Shown here in pieces: positions 19,687 through 28,536 of a stretch of DNA of 64,000 nucleotides (position 1 is the stretch's first letter; every line of letters starts with the position of its first letter). Source of the DNA: Acidobacteriota bacterium (GTDB lineage: Bacteria; Acidobacteriota; UBA6911); assembly GCA_050011535.1 (NCBI GenBank), contig JBEKIX010000002.1, positions 32,365 through 96,364 on the forward strand, written 5' to 3'. The translations under genes were made by a program, and so were the position numbers. Under the pieces are notes generated by a model, which did not search any database, was not told the origin of the DNA, and saw only the letters and a program-made list of their open reading frames with translations.

Positions 19687-20922
19687 ATGGCTGATGCGAA
19701 ACCCTTTAACCGATACGATCACGTGACCGCCGATGAGATTAAAGCGCTGGAGGATTCCTACCTCTTTCCCACATATCAGAAGTACGAACTTTGCGTTTCG
19801 CATGGTTCGGGCGCGTACCTTTATGATCTGCAAGGCCGCCGCTATTTGGATTTTCTTGCTGGAATCGCCGTCAATTCTCTGGGCTACAGCCACCCTCGCA
19901 TTGTTAAGGTCGTGCGCGACCAGGGAGAAAGACTGATTCACACATCCAATCTGCTCTTTCACCCTTACCAGGGGCAGTTGGCTCGTCGATTGGTGGAGAT
20001 GTCCGGCATGTCTCGGGCATTCTTCACCAACAGCGGCACTGAGGCGATGGAAGCGGCGCTCAAGATCTCCAGGGCATGCGCGCGCCGCAAGGGAGAGGAG
20101 CACCGATCCCGGTTCCTCTGCCTGAAAAACGCGTTCCACGGACGCACATTTGGATCTCTCAGCATCACGGCGCAGGAGAAGTATCAGGCGCCATTTCGTC
20201 CCTTGCTTGCGGACGTCGAGACAATTGCCGAACTTACGTCCGAGGCGTTGGAGAAGGCTTTCGATGAGCGCGTCGCCGCGCTGGTGTTTGAGCCCATTCA
20301 GGGAGAAGCGGGCATCCGTCCCATTCCTGTCGAGTTCATGCGCAAGGCTCGCGAACTGTGTGACCGTTGGGGAGCCCTGTTGATACTCGACGAGATCCAG
20401 TCCGGATTTGCCAGGACCGGCCGGATGTTTGCATTCCAGCACTATGACATTCGACCGGACCTGGTTACTGCTGCCAAAGCGATTGCCTCCGGATACCCAC
20501 TCGGAGTTGTCCTTGGAAATGAGAAAGTGGCGCAGAGCCTTAAGAGTGGAGAACATGGCACGACCTTCGGCGGTGGTCCCCTGGCATGCCGGATCGCTCT
20601 CGAAGTCCTCGACGTGATCGAGGAGGAAGGATTGACTGCCAAGGCTGCAGAACTGGGAGCCTATCTGATGGAGCAGCTATCTACCCTCAAGGACCGGCAC
20701 GCATGCATTCAGCAAGTCCGCGGCCTCGGTCTCATGATCGGCGTGGAGGTAGGCTCCGTCGCCCCCGAGGTGGTCCGGCGATTATTGCGGAAGGGAGTGA
20801 TCGCAAACGCGGCACACGGCTTGGTTCTGCGCCTGGTTCCTCCGCTGATTGTCACGCGGGAGCAAATCGATCATTTCACGGAAGCTCTCGATCAAACTCT
20901 TTCGGAAGTAGAATCCGCATAG
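19687..20922 (+). CDS. argD: acetylornithine aminotransferase (class-III PLP aminotransferase)
   Basis: Class-III motifs LIHTSNLLFHP, ...LILDEIQSGFARTGRMFAFQHY and the Lys-containing region TFGGGPLA are present. AGGAGG RBS and a TATAAT box lie upstream. Confidence 0.85.
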   Translation: MADAKPFNRYDHVTADEIKALEDSYLFPTYQKYELCVSHGSGAYLYDLQGRRYLDFLAGIAVNSLGYSHPRIVKVVRDQGERLIHTSNLLFHPYQGQLARRLVEMSGMSRAFFTNSGTEAMEAALKISRACARRKGEEHRSRFLCLKNAFHGRTFGSLSITAQEKYQAPFRPLLADVETIAELTSEALEKAFDERVAALVFEPIQGEAGIRPIPVEFMRKARELCDRWGALLILDEIQSGFARTGRMFAFQHYDIRPDLVTAAKAIASGYPLGVVLGNEKVAQSLKSGEHGTTFGGGPLACRIALEVLDVIEEEGLTAKAAELGAYLMEQLSTLKDRHACIQQVRGLGLMIGVEVGSVAPEVVRRLLRKGVIANAAHGLVLRLVPPLIVTREQIDHFTEALDQTLSEVESA

Positions 20923-21011
20923 CCAATTGTGTCTCCGTGGAGCATGCTTGTGTCATGCTGGATTTGAAATGGACATTTGGGACAATACGTTCTTATGGCT
21001 ATGATTGAGTC

Positions 21012-21944
21012 ATGAAGACCACTCCGGAAGACAGTTTTAAGATTGTTGATAATGGCAGAGCAGAGATGCGTCGTCCCCGTCCCGAATGGTTAAAGGTGCG
21101 GCTGCCTTCAGGGGAACGGTACACAAATGTAAAGAAATTAGTGCACGAGCAGCGTCTGAACACAGTCTGCGAAGATGCCCAATGTCCGAATATCGGTGAA
21201 TGCTGGGGAGCAGGCACAGCGACTTTCATGATCCTCGGAGATGTCTGCACGCGCTCCTGCAAGTTCTGTGCGGTCAAGACGGGATTGCCGCCTGATTACG
21301 ACTTGGATGAGCCGCGTCGCGTCGCGGAAGCCATGCGCCGGCTCAACCTCAGGTACGCTGTCATCACCTCGGTCGACCGTGATGACCTGGAAGACGGCGG
21401 CGCCTATATTTTCGCCGAGACGATCCGGCGCACGCGGGAAGCTTGTCCCGGCATCAGGATCGAAGTGCTGATTCCGGATTTTCGCGGATCCGGCGACGCG
21501 CTCCGCAAGGTAGTCGAGGCGCAGCCAGATGTCCTCGCTCACAACGTTGAAACCGTTCCCAGGCTCTATCGGACCGCGCGAGCAGGATCTCGCTATCGCC
21601 GTTCCCTTGACCTGTTGTTAAAAGCAAAATCGTTTGGGTTGCAGATCCGCACCAAGTCCAGCGTTATGCTCGGCCTGGGCGAGAACCGGGGTGAAGTTGT
21701 TGAAGTCATGACGGATCTGCGTGTCGCGAGCGTCGACATCCTGACTTTGGGACAGTATTTACGGCCGACCAAGGAACATCTGGCCGTTGACCGCTTCTAT
21801 ACTCCGGACGAGTTTTCAGAGCTGCGCAAGGTTGGGCTGTCGCTTGGGTTCTCTTTTGTGCAATCCGGCCCGCTGGTGAGATCGTCCTATCACGCAGAAA
21901 AGCAGGAAGTGGTCCTCAACGAGTCATCGTCTGCCACGATCTGA
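21012..21944 (+). CDS. lipA: lipoyl synthase
   Basis: Contains CEDAQCPNIGECW (auxiliary cluster) and the radical-SAM CTRSCKFCAV motif. Confidence 0.9.
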   Translation: MKTTPEDSFKIVDNGRAEMRRPRPEWLKVRLPSGERYTNVKKLVHEQRLNTVCEDAQCPNIGECWGAGTATFMILGDVCTRSCKFCAVKTGLPPDYDLDEPRRVAEAMRRLNLRYAVITSVDRDDLEDGGAYIFAETIRRTREACPGIRIEVLIPDFRGSGDALRKVVEAQPDVLAHNVETVPRLYRTARAGSRYRRSLDLLLKAKSFGLQIRTKSSVMLGLGENRGEVVEVMTDLRVASVDILTLGQYLRPTKEHLAVDRFYTPDEFSELRKVGLSLGFSFVQSGPLVRSSYHAEKQEVVLNESSSATI

Positions 21945-22055
21945 AACGCAGGTTGGGTGTGCGCTGCTGCAGGGCATAAAACGTTCGAGTTAATCGTGAG
22001 GAGGTTCTGCATTCTGTGCTATGATGCAGTCTACACATAGGACTCACGCATTCCT

Positions 22056-23360
22056 ATGACCCTCATTCCGCGCACGATCATTCTCTTGACGTTGTTTTGC
22101 GGCGGCGCCGCGGTGCCCTCAAGTGCGCAGATTGCCAGAATCGACTTGAACGGCATTATTGACCCGATCACTTCGGAATACGTGGTGAGAGGCATAGCCC
22201 GTGCGAACGCCGAGCACGCCCAGTTTGTCCTGTTGCGCCTCCAAACCCCCGGCGGTCTAGGCGCCTCCATGGAGGAAATGATCGCGGCGATATTGAACAG
22301 CGGTATCCCGGTTGTCGCCTATGTGTCCCCGAGCGGTTCATCCGCCGCCTCAGCGGGGTTTTTCATCTTGATGGCCGCGGATGTGGCGTCCATGGCTCCC
22401 GGAACCAACACCGGCGCGGCTCATCCTTTGCTGGAGATTGCGGGGTTTCCGATCGAGGGAGGCGAAGCGGGAAAGACCCTCACCGAAAAGATTACGAGCA
22501 ACGCGACGGCCTATTTAAGGAGTATCACGAGCAAGCGGCATCGTAATGTCGCGGAGGCCGAAAAGGCGGTCGTGGAAAGCAAATCGTTTACAGACAACGA
22601 AGCGCTCGACAACCATCTTATCGATTTCGTGGCACGCGATGAGGACGAATTGCTGCGGGAACTTCAGGGCTACAAGGTCGAGATGTTCTCCGGAAAATCG
22701 GTCACACTCTCTCCGCAGGGACAGGCAGTCGTAAGCTACCAAATGACGCCGCGCGAAAAGTTTCTGAACACAATATCCGAGCCAAACCTGGCTCTGATTT
22801 TAGGAGTGCTTGGCCTTATTCTTCTCTACGTCGAATTCACTCATCCGGGAATGGTCGCTCCCGGAGTGATCGGAGGCATCAGCTTTCTTCTCTCTATCCT
22901 TGGTTTTTCGTTTCTCCCAGTCAACTATGTCGGCGTCTTGTTGATCATGTTGGCTGTCGGGTTGTTCATCGCCGAGGTCAAAGTGCAGGGGTTCGGTGTT
23001 CTCGGCCTCGGGGGAGTGGTCGCCATGGTGATCGGCATGCTCATTCTCGTCGACAGTCCTGATCCAGCTGTCAGGATCGGACTTGCAACCGCACTGTCCG
23101 CCGCGCTTCCCTTCGCGGTGATCTTCATGATCCTGCTGTTTGCGTTGATCAAATCGTATCGCCAGAAGCCGTCTACTGGAAGCGCTGGGATGATCGGCCT
23201 GGTCGGCGTCGCAGACAGCGATGTGTTTGCCGAAGGCCGGGTGAGAGTACGGGGAGAGTACTGGCAAGCTCATGCCGCCGCACCTATTAGAGCTGGTACG
23301 CAGGTGTGCGTGGTAGGCATCGACAACTTGAATTTGTACGTTGAAGAGGCGAAGAAATAG
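22056..23360 (+). CDS. nfeD: NfeD-family membrane-bound ClpP-class serine protease (partner of the stomatin gene)
   Basis: Signal peptide, ClpP-like domain (GSSAASAGFFILMAADV), central polytopic TM region and a C-terminal NfeD OB-fold (VRVRGEYWQAHA...VCVVGIDNLNLYVEE). Confidence 0.8.
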   Translation: MTLIPRTIILLTLFCGGAAVPSSAQIARIDLNGIIDPITSEYVVRGIARANAEHAQFVLLRLQTPGGLGASMEEMIAAILNSGIPVVAYVSPSGSSAASAGFFILMAADVASMAPGTNTGAAHPLLEIAGFPIEGGEAGKTLTEKITSNATAYLRSITSKRHRNVAEAEKAVVESKSFTDNEALDNHLIDFVARDEDELLRELQGYKVEMFSGKSVTLSPQGQAVVSYQMTPREKFLNTISEPNLALILGVLGLILLYVEFTHPGMVAPGVIGGISFLLSILGFSFLPVNYVGVLLIMLAVGLFIAEVKVQGFGVLGLGGVVAMVIGMLILVDSPDPAVRIGLATALSAALPFAVIFMILLFALIKSYRQKPSTGSAGMIGLVGVADSDVFAEGRVRVRGEYWQAHAAAPIRAGTQVCVVGIDNLNLYVEEAKK

Positions 23361-23411
23361 CAGGGAGTTTGTAGTCGTGTTTTTCCGCTTCCTAACATGG
23401 GCGAGGGAATC

Positions 23412-24167
23412 ATGGATACTCAAGAGGCTTGGCTGTTTGGCATTGCGATCGTTATCCTCTATCTGCTGAGCACGATTAACATCCTCAAGGAATATGAGCG
23501 CGCCGTTGTTTTCCGCCTCGGCCGCCTCGCGAAAGACGCGTTAGGCCCCGGCGTGATCTTTATTTTCTGGCCCATTTACAAGATCGTCCGCGTCAGCCTG
23601 CGAACGGTCACGCTCGAGGTGCCACCGCAGGATGTGATCACGCGTGACAACGTATCCGTCAAGGTGAATGCGATTGTTTACTTTCGAGTGATGAACGCGC
23701 CACGCGCCATCGTCGAGGTGGAAAACTATTTGTACGCCACCTCTCAGCTGGCACAAACTACGCTACGATCAGTGCTCGGCGAAGTGGATTTGGATGACCT
23801 TTTGAGCAACCGTGAGAAGCTGAACGTCAAGCTCCAGGAGATTCTGGATCGGCACACCGATGCGTGGGGCATCAAAGTGAGTCTGGTTGAAGTAAAGCAG
23901 GTGGATCTGCCGCAGGAGATGCAGCGGGCCATCGCCCGGCAGGCGGAAGCGGAACGTGACAAGCGCGCCAAAGTCATTCATGCGGATGGCGAGTTTCAGG
24001 CCGCAGCCAAGATTCGCGAAGCTGCCGAAGTGATTGCCGGAGAACCTGTCGCGCTCCAACTGCGATATTTGCAGACACTCGCGGACATCGGGAATGAAAA
24101 GAACACGACCATTGTTTTCCCATTGCCGATTGATATTATTCAGACTTGGATCAAAACCAAATCATAG
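23412..24167 (+). CDS. SPFH/band-7 stomatin-like (slipin) protein
   Basis: The ATG at 23412 has GAGGGA upstream. The N-terminal TM is followed by an SPFH domain ([13 protein letters not shown]...[15 protein letters not shown]...). It forms the classic nfeD-stomatin operon. Confidence 0.85.
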   Translation: MDTQEAWLFGIAIVILYLLSTINILKEYERAVVFRLGRLAKDALGPGVIFIFWPIYKIVRVSLRTVTLEVPPQDVITRDNVSVKVNAIVYFRVMNAPRAIVEVENYLYATSQLAQTTLRSVLGEVDLDDLLSNREKLNVKLQEILDRHTDAWGIKVSLVEVKQVDLPQEMQRAIARQAEAERDKRAKVIHADGEFQAAAKIREAAEVIAGEPVALQLRYLQTLADIGNEKNTTIVFPLPIDIIQTWIKTKS

Positions 24168-24178
24168 GTTTACAGGAC

Positions 24179-24835
24179 ATGGCACAACTCAGCGCCGAAT
24201 CCGGAAATGAATTCATTCTAGATAATCGCAAGCTCATCATCGGTTTCATGCTGCTCATTGTCATTTGCGGGGCGTTCTTCGTAGTCGGCTTCATGGAGGG
24301 GAAGCGCCAGGCCGTGCAAGCACGATCCGAGCGGCCATCATCCGGCCCGGCAGGGACGCCTTCTGAGGCAGCAGCCCGTGCGGTCGCGACGCCGCCTGTG
24401 ACGCCTGCCAAGAATGGGCCTGCCGAAGATCGTTCCGTACGGGAACAGCTTGATTGGTACAAGACTGTCCAGGGTGGGGATACCGCAACAAGGGCGGTCG
24501 CGGAACCATCAAAAAGCGCAGAGGCGGAACCTACCCAAACCGAGAAGGTGACGCGCCCAGCCGCTGTACCCCAGAAGGCGGCTGCTGTGCCGAAAGCGTC
24601 ATCCGGAGCGGCTGCGTACACCGTCCAGGTCGGAGCATTCCGTCAACGGCATGAGGCGGAGAGCAAGGCCGACGCGCTGAAGACTAGAGGATACACCTTT
24701 GTGATCGAGTCTCCTGCGACCCCGGATGGGCTCTTTCTTGTCAAGGTCGGCAATTTCAATTCGCGCGCGGACGCCGTCGCCATGGAACGAAGGCTTAGAA
24801 AGGACGGCTTCAGCTGCTTCATCAAGACCAATTGA
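24179..24835 (+). CDS. SPOR-domain membrane protein (septal peptidoglycan binding)
   Basis: TM anchor, Ala/Pro-rich linker and a C-terminal SPOR motif YTVQVGAFRQRHEAESKADALKTRGY...LFLVKVGNFNSRADAVAMERRLRKDGFSCF. The start is uncertain (24146 TTG or 24179 ATG). Confidence 0.6.
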   Translation: MAQLSAESGNEFILDNRKLIIGFMLLIVICGAFFVVGFMEGKRQAVQARSERPSSGPAGTPSEAAARAVATPPVTPAKNGPAEDRSVREQLDWYKTVQGGDTATRAVAEPSKSAEAEPTQTEKVTRPAAVPQKAAAVPKASSGAAAYTVQVGAFRQRHEAESKADALKTRGYTFVIESPATPDGLFLVKVGNFNSRADAVAMERRLRKDGFSCFIKTN

Positions 24836-24888
24836 ACGGCCGTACGCATGCAAAGGTGGCAGGACAAGGTCTATTCCGAACAATCCGG

Positions 24889-26421
24889 ATGCCGCAAAAG
24901 GAACCGGCTCTTCTGCTTTACCCCTTACTAACAGGGGTTCTGACTTGGGCTTGTTTTCCAAAACTCAACCAGGGTTACCTGGCTTGGGTTGCGCTCGCCC
25001 CTCTCATCTTCTTTCTTCTCAAAACGCGCAGAATTCGCGCAGCCTTTTTCGCTGGATGGCTCGCGGGGACCGCTGAGTTTCTCTTATTGCTCTACTGGGT
25101 GCCGCCGGTGCTGAGCCACTATGGAGAGCTGCCTGTGCCAGTGGCCTGGGCCTTTCTGCTGTTGATAGCGGCGACCCTTGGGTGCTTTTCCGCCACGGCA
25201 TGCGCGCTGACGCGGTACGGGATGAATCGCTGGGGCGACTGGATTTTGTCTTTATTCCCCGCGGCCTGGGTTGCTCTCGAATACGCGCGCAGCCTGTTTC
25301 CATTCGCAGGATTTCCGTGGCTTCTGCTCGGTTATTCGCAGACAGACGTTCCGACGCTCGTTCAGACAGCGGATCTGTTCGGCGTTTACGGCGTATCCTT
25401 TCTCATCGCATGGGTAAACACAGCGCTTCTATGGGCGTGGGTGCAGCGCAGAAAGGGTTCGCAGGTCATCTTGGCGTTATCGAGTTGCGCTGTTTTGTTA
25501 TCGGCCTGCGCGGCCTATGGCGCGGCTGCGCTGACCCGCTGGGACCGCGTCCAGCCTCAGTATCAGGCAGCGCTTTTGCAGCAGAATCTCTCCGCTGACG
25601 AATCGGACGCGGCGCTGGAGTGGAAGTACAAGGAAGGTTACGTCAAGATGGCCGAGCGTCTTGGTGGCCGTCCTATAGACTTGCTGCTTCTCCCCGAATC
25701 GCCCTCGCCTCTGATATTTCAGTATGACAAGGACTATCAAACCTGCCTGCGCCAGCTGGCACGACGCTTTCCCTTTGGAATTGTCTTTAATAATATCCGT
25801 TTTGAGGAAGTGAGCGGCATATCTGCCTATTTTAACAGTGCGTTCTTTCTGGATGGGGCCGGAGCCGAAGTTGCGCGCTATGACAAGATTCATCTGGTCC
25901 CTTTCGGGGAGTACATCCCGTTCAAGCAACTGTTTTTTTTCACCGAGACCATTTCCAAGGATGTCGGCGATTTCATGCCGGGTAAGAATTACGTCATAGC
26001 CCCGATGGGAAGCCACGAGGTGAATGCACTGATATGCTTTGAGGCGGTCTTTGGCGATCTCTCACGGCAGTTCATCCGGCGGGGAAGCCAACTGATTATC
26101 AATTTGACCAACGACGGCTGGTACGGAGATACATCGGCCCCCTATCAACATCTGGAGATGGCCAGATGGAGAGCCGTCGAAGCCCGCAGGTGGTTTCTCA
26201 GATCCGCGAATACAGGCATTTCTGCGATTGTCACTCCTGCCGGCAGGCTTGAAGCGTCGACGGGTCTGCTAAGGGAAGCGGTAGTCACCGGTGGATTCGA
26301 TTTTCTGGCCGGCGAAACGTTCTATGTGCGGCACGGCGACGATTTGCCTATTGTGTGTGCTATCCTTTGGTCTTGTATTTTAATTGCTGGTTTCGTGATG
26401 ACCGCACGAGGCCGGCGCTAG
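24889..26421 (+). CDS. lnt: apolipoprotein N-acyltransferase
   Basis: Polytopic N-terminus plus a C-terminal CN-hydrolase domain (LLLPESPSP..., FEAVFGDLSRQ, LTNDGWYGDTSAPYQH). ATG at 24889 is preferred over the TTG at 24832, which overlaps the upstream stop. Confidence 0.8.
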   Translation: MPQKEPALLLYPLLTGVLTWACFPKLNQGYLAWVALAPLIFFLLKTRRIRAAFFAGWLAGTAEFLLLLYWVPPVLSHYGELPVPVAWAFLLLIAATLGCFSATACALTRYGMNRWGDWILSLFPAAWVALEYARSLFPFAGFPWLLLGYSQTDVPTLVQTADLFGVYGVSFLIAWVNTALLWAWVQRRKGSQVILALSSCAVLLSACAAYGAAALTRWDRVQPQYQAALLQQNLSADESDAALEWKYKEGYVKMAERLGGRPIDLLLLPESPSPLIFQYDKDYQTCLRQLARRFPFGIVFNNIRFEEVSGISAYFNSAFFLDGAGAEVARYDKIHLVPFGEYIPFKQLFFFTETISKDVGDFMPGKNYVIAPMGSHEVNALICFEAVFGDLSRQFIRRGSQLIINLTNDGWYGDTSAPYQHLEMARWRAVEARRWFLRSANTGISAIVTPAGRLEASTGLLREAVVTGGFDFLAGETFYVRHGDDLPIVCAILWSCILIAGFVMTARGRR

Positions 26422-26436
26422 GCTCTTGGAGGTGAC

Positions 26437-27583
26437 ATGATCGAGGAGTTGCGCGAGAAAGTGAACGCCATCATGCAAAAAGTCGAACAGGTTCGAGGTT
26501 ATCTTTGATGTAGAACATAAGCGGGCAGAAATCGCCCAGATAGAAAAAAGAGTCGCTCAGCCCGACTTTTGGTCTCGCCACGAAGAGGTTCAATCGATCC
26601 TGCAGACGAAGCGCCGCCTCGAGCGCGACGTTGAGCTGGATTCTCAGCTGTCGCGCGACATCTCCGACCTGGGCGCCCTTTTGGACCTTGCCGTGGAAGG
26701 AGAGGATGTTCTTTCCGAGTTGGATGCTGAGACGGATCGTCTCGCGCAAGAGATAAAGCAAACCGAAATCCGGACACTGCTTTCCGGTGAGCACGACGAC
26801 AGTAACGCGATTGTCAGTATTCATCCCGGAGCCGGCGGCACCGAATCACAGGACTGGGCTGAGATGCTGCTGCGCATGTACCTGCGCTGGTCGGAGCGCT
26901 CAGGGTACGGGACCGAAATTCTCGACTATCAGCAAGGAGAGGAGGCAGGTATCAAGTCGGTCACCTTTCTGGTAAAAGGTGATTATGCCTACGGCAACCT
27001 GGGCGCCGAGATCGGAGTGCACCGTCTGGTGCGCATTTCGCCTTTTGATGCCGCGGCGCGCCGGCACACGAGCTTTGCTTCAGTATTCGTATACCCGGAA
27101 ATCGACGATAAGATTGAAGTTCAAATCGACGAGAAGGACCTTAGAATCGACACGTACCGTTCTTCCGGGGCTGGGGGGCAACATGTCAACGTGACCGACT
27201 CCGCCGTTCGCATCACGCACATTCCCACCGGTATCGTCGTTTCGTGCCAGAACGAGAGATCGCAGATTCGGAATCGGGACATGGCGCGCAAGGTTTTGCG
27301 CGCGCGGCTGTACGATCTGGAGTTGGAAAAGAAGCGCAAACAGCTGCAGGCCGTGGAAGATACCAAGTTGGACATCGCCTGGGGCAGCCAAATCCGTTCG
27401 TACGTCCTGCATCCATATCGCATGGTGAAAGACCATCGCACCAAGTACGAGACTTCAAACACCGATCGCGTGTTGGACGGCGAGCTTGATGATTTCATAT
27501 ATCAGTATCTGGTCTTTCGCGAGAAATCCAGGAAGCGAGACAACGTGGTCGGGCCGGAGAGCAATTCCAGGGCTGCGAAATGA
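26437..27583 (+). CDS. prfB: peptide chain release factor 2, requiring a programmed +1 ribosomal frameshift: join(26437..26505,26507..27583)
   Basis: Frame-0 ORF MIEELREKVNAIMQKVEQVRGYL ends at CTT TGA. The +1 frame continues DVEHKRAEIAQIEKRVAQPDFWSRHEEVQSILQTKRRLERDVELDSQLSRDISDLGALLDLAVEGEDV... into the ORF-track entry 26681..27583. The SPF tripeptide (RISPF) and GGQ (SGAGGQHVN) motifs are present. An SD-like GAGGU lies 3 nt upstream of UAU CUU UGA. Confidence 0.9.
26491..26509 (+). other. RF2 autoregulatory recoding site (internal SD GAGGU, slippery CUU U, in-frame UGA)
   Basis: Sequence gttcGAGGTtatCTTTGAtg. CUU is at 26503-26505, and T26506 is skipped in the +1 shift. Confidence 0.85.
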
Positions 27584-28374
27584 TGAATGGAGAAATCGTG
27601 GAAACCGAAAAAAGTACAGGCGTTGCTAAGCAAGCTCTGGCGCAGACGAAGCGACCTGGGAGGCCGGCGTATCACAGCAGGACGTATACGGGTCTCTTGA
27701 TCTTCGTCATCGTTGTCGGCCTGCCGTTGATCGCCATACCTTCCCTGAGACAACGTTTGAAGACGCGCTTCGACATGATTAGAGCGGCGGTTCGCGGCGA
27801 GCAGCTTCCGCCGCCGCCTGCCTTTGCTCGCGTCGGTCAAAATCAGGTGCCGTTTCCCCGCGAATACGAACAGCCGCAGCCTCGCCCCGCCTTTTTGGCA
27901 GGTCTGATAGCGCCTCGACAGCACGCATCGATTGTGGTCACAGACCAAGTCGGGGTGCCCACTATCGTCCCCGCGCCGCTCAAGCGAACTCTCGGGTCGC
28001 CGTCGCCTATTCCTTCAAAGGGAAAGCCTGGAACGCCGCCCGCGGCACTGGCCTCCGTGCCCGCACAGGCGGAGACGGAAACTGCAGGGTCCGCAAGTTC
28101 GGAGCCGGTCTACAAGAAAGGAGAGCGCGAACAGGAGGCTTATGACATCGTGCTAAACGCGAATCAAACCCTGGCAGGAATGGTCAAAGGGAGCGATGCG
28201 ACGCTCAAATTCCAGGACTGGGCTGCGGCTAACATGGGCGAGGGTTCCTATTACGTGATGGTGACCTTCGCACAAACTGCAGACAATGTGGCCCGCAAAT
28301 ACATTTGGAATGTCAAGGTGTCTTCGAAAGAGGTGACACCACTGAGCTCCTATGCTATGTCCATTTCCAAATAG
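27580..28374 (+). CDS. hypothetical single-pass membrane protein (cytoplasmic N-tail, TM, Pro-rich linker, roughly 100-aa C-terminal domain)
   Basis: The start overlaps the prfB stop (ATGA). The TM segment is LLIFVIVVGLPLIAIPSL. No recognisable motif was found. Confidence 0.4.
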   Translation: MMNGEIVETEKSTGVAKQALAQTKRPGRPAYHSRTYTGLLIFVIVVGLPLIAIPSLRQRLKTRFDMIRAAVRGEQLPPPPAFARVGQNQVPFPREYEQPQPRPAFLAGLIAPRQHASIVVTDQVGVPTIVPAPLKRTLGSPSPIPSKGKPGTPPAALASVPAQAETETAGSASSEPVYKKGEREQEAYDIVLNANQTLAGMVKGSDATLKFQDWAAANMGEGSYYVMVTFAQTADNVARKYIWNVKVSSKEVTPLSSYAMSISK

Positions 28375-28536
28375 CGGCCCGCGGGCAATCCAGTCGCCGC
28401 GCGGACTGCGTTTGGACGCCTTTGGCGCGGTTCCTCCACTTAGAAAAGACCTTTCCGTGCGTCTAGTATTCCAAAGAATGGTTACGCATTCCCAGAGTGT
28501 TATGCCATCTCAAATGCGGACCGCTTAGGAGCGCAT

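Noticed and set aside
19651-20556. 301-codon minus-strand ORF
   Set aside because: Antisense to argD (class-III aminotransferase).
24832-24888. TTG start for lnt overlapping the SPOR gene stop
   Set aside because: The ATG at 24889 gives a conventional Lnt N-terminus. The TTG start is possible but less parsimonious.
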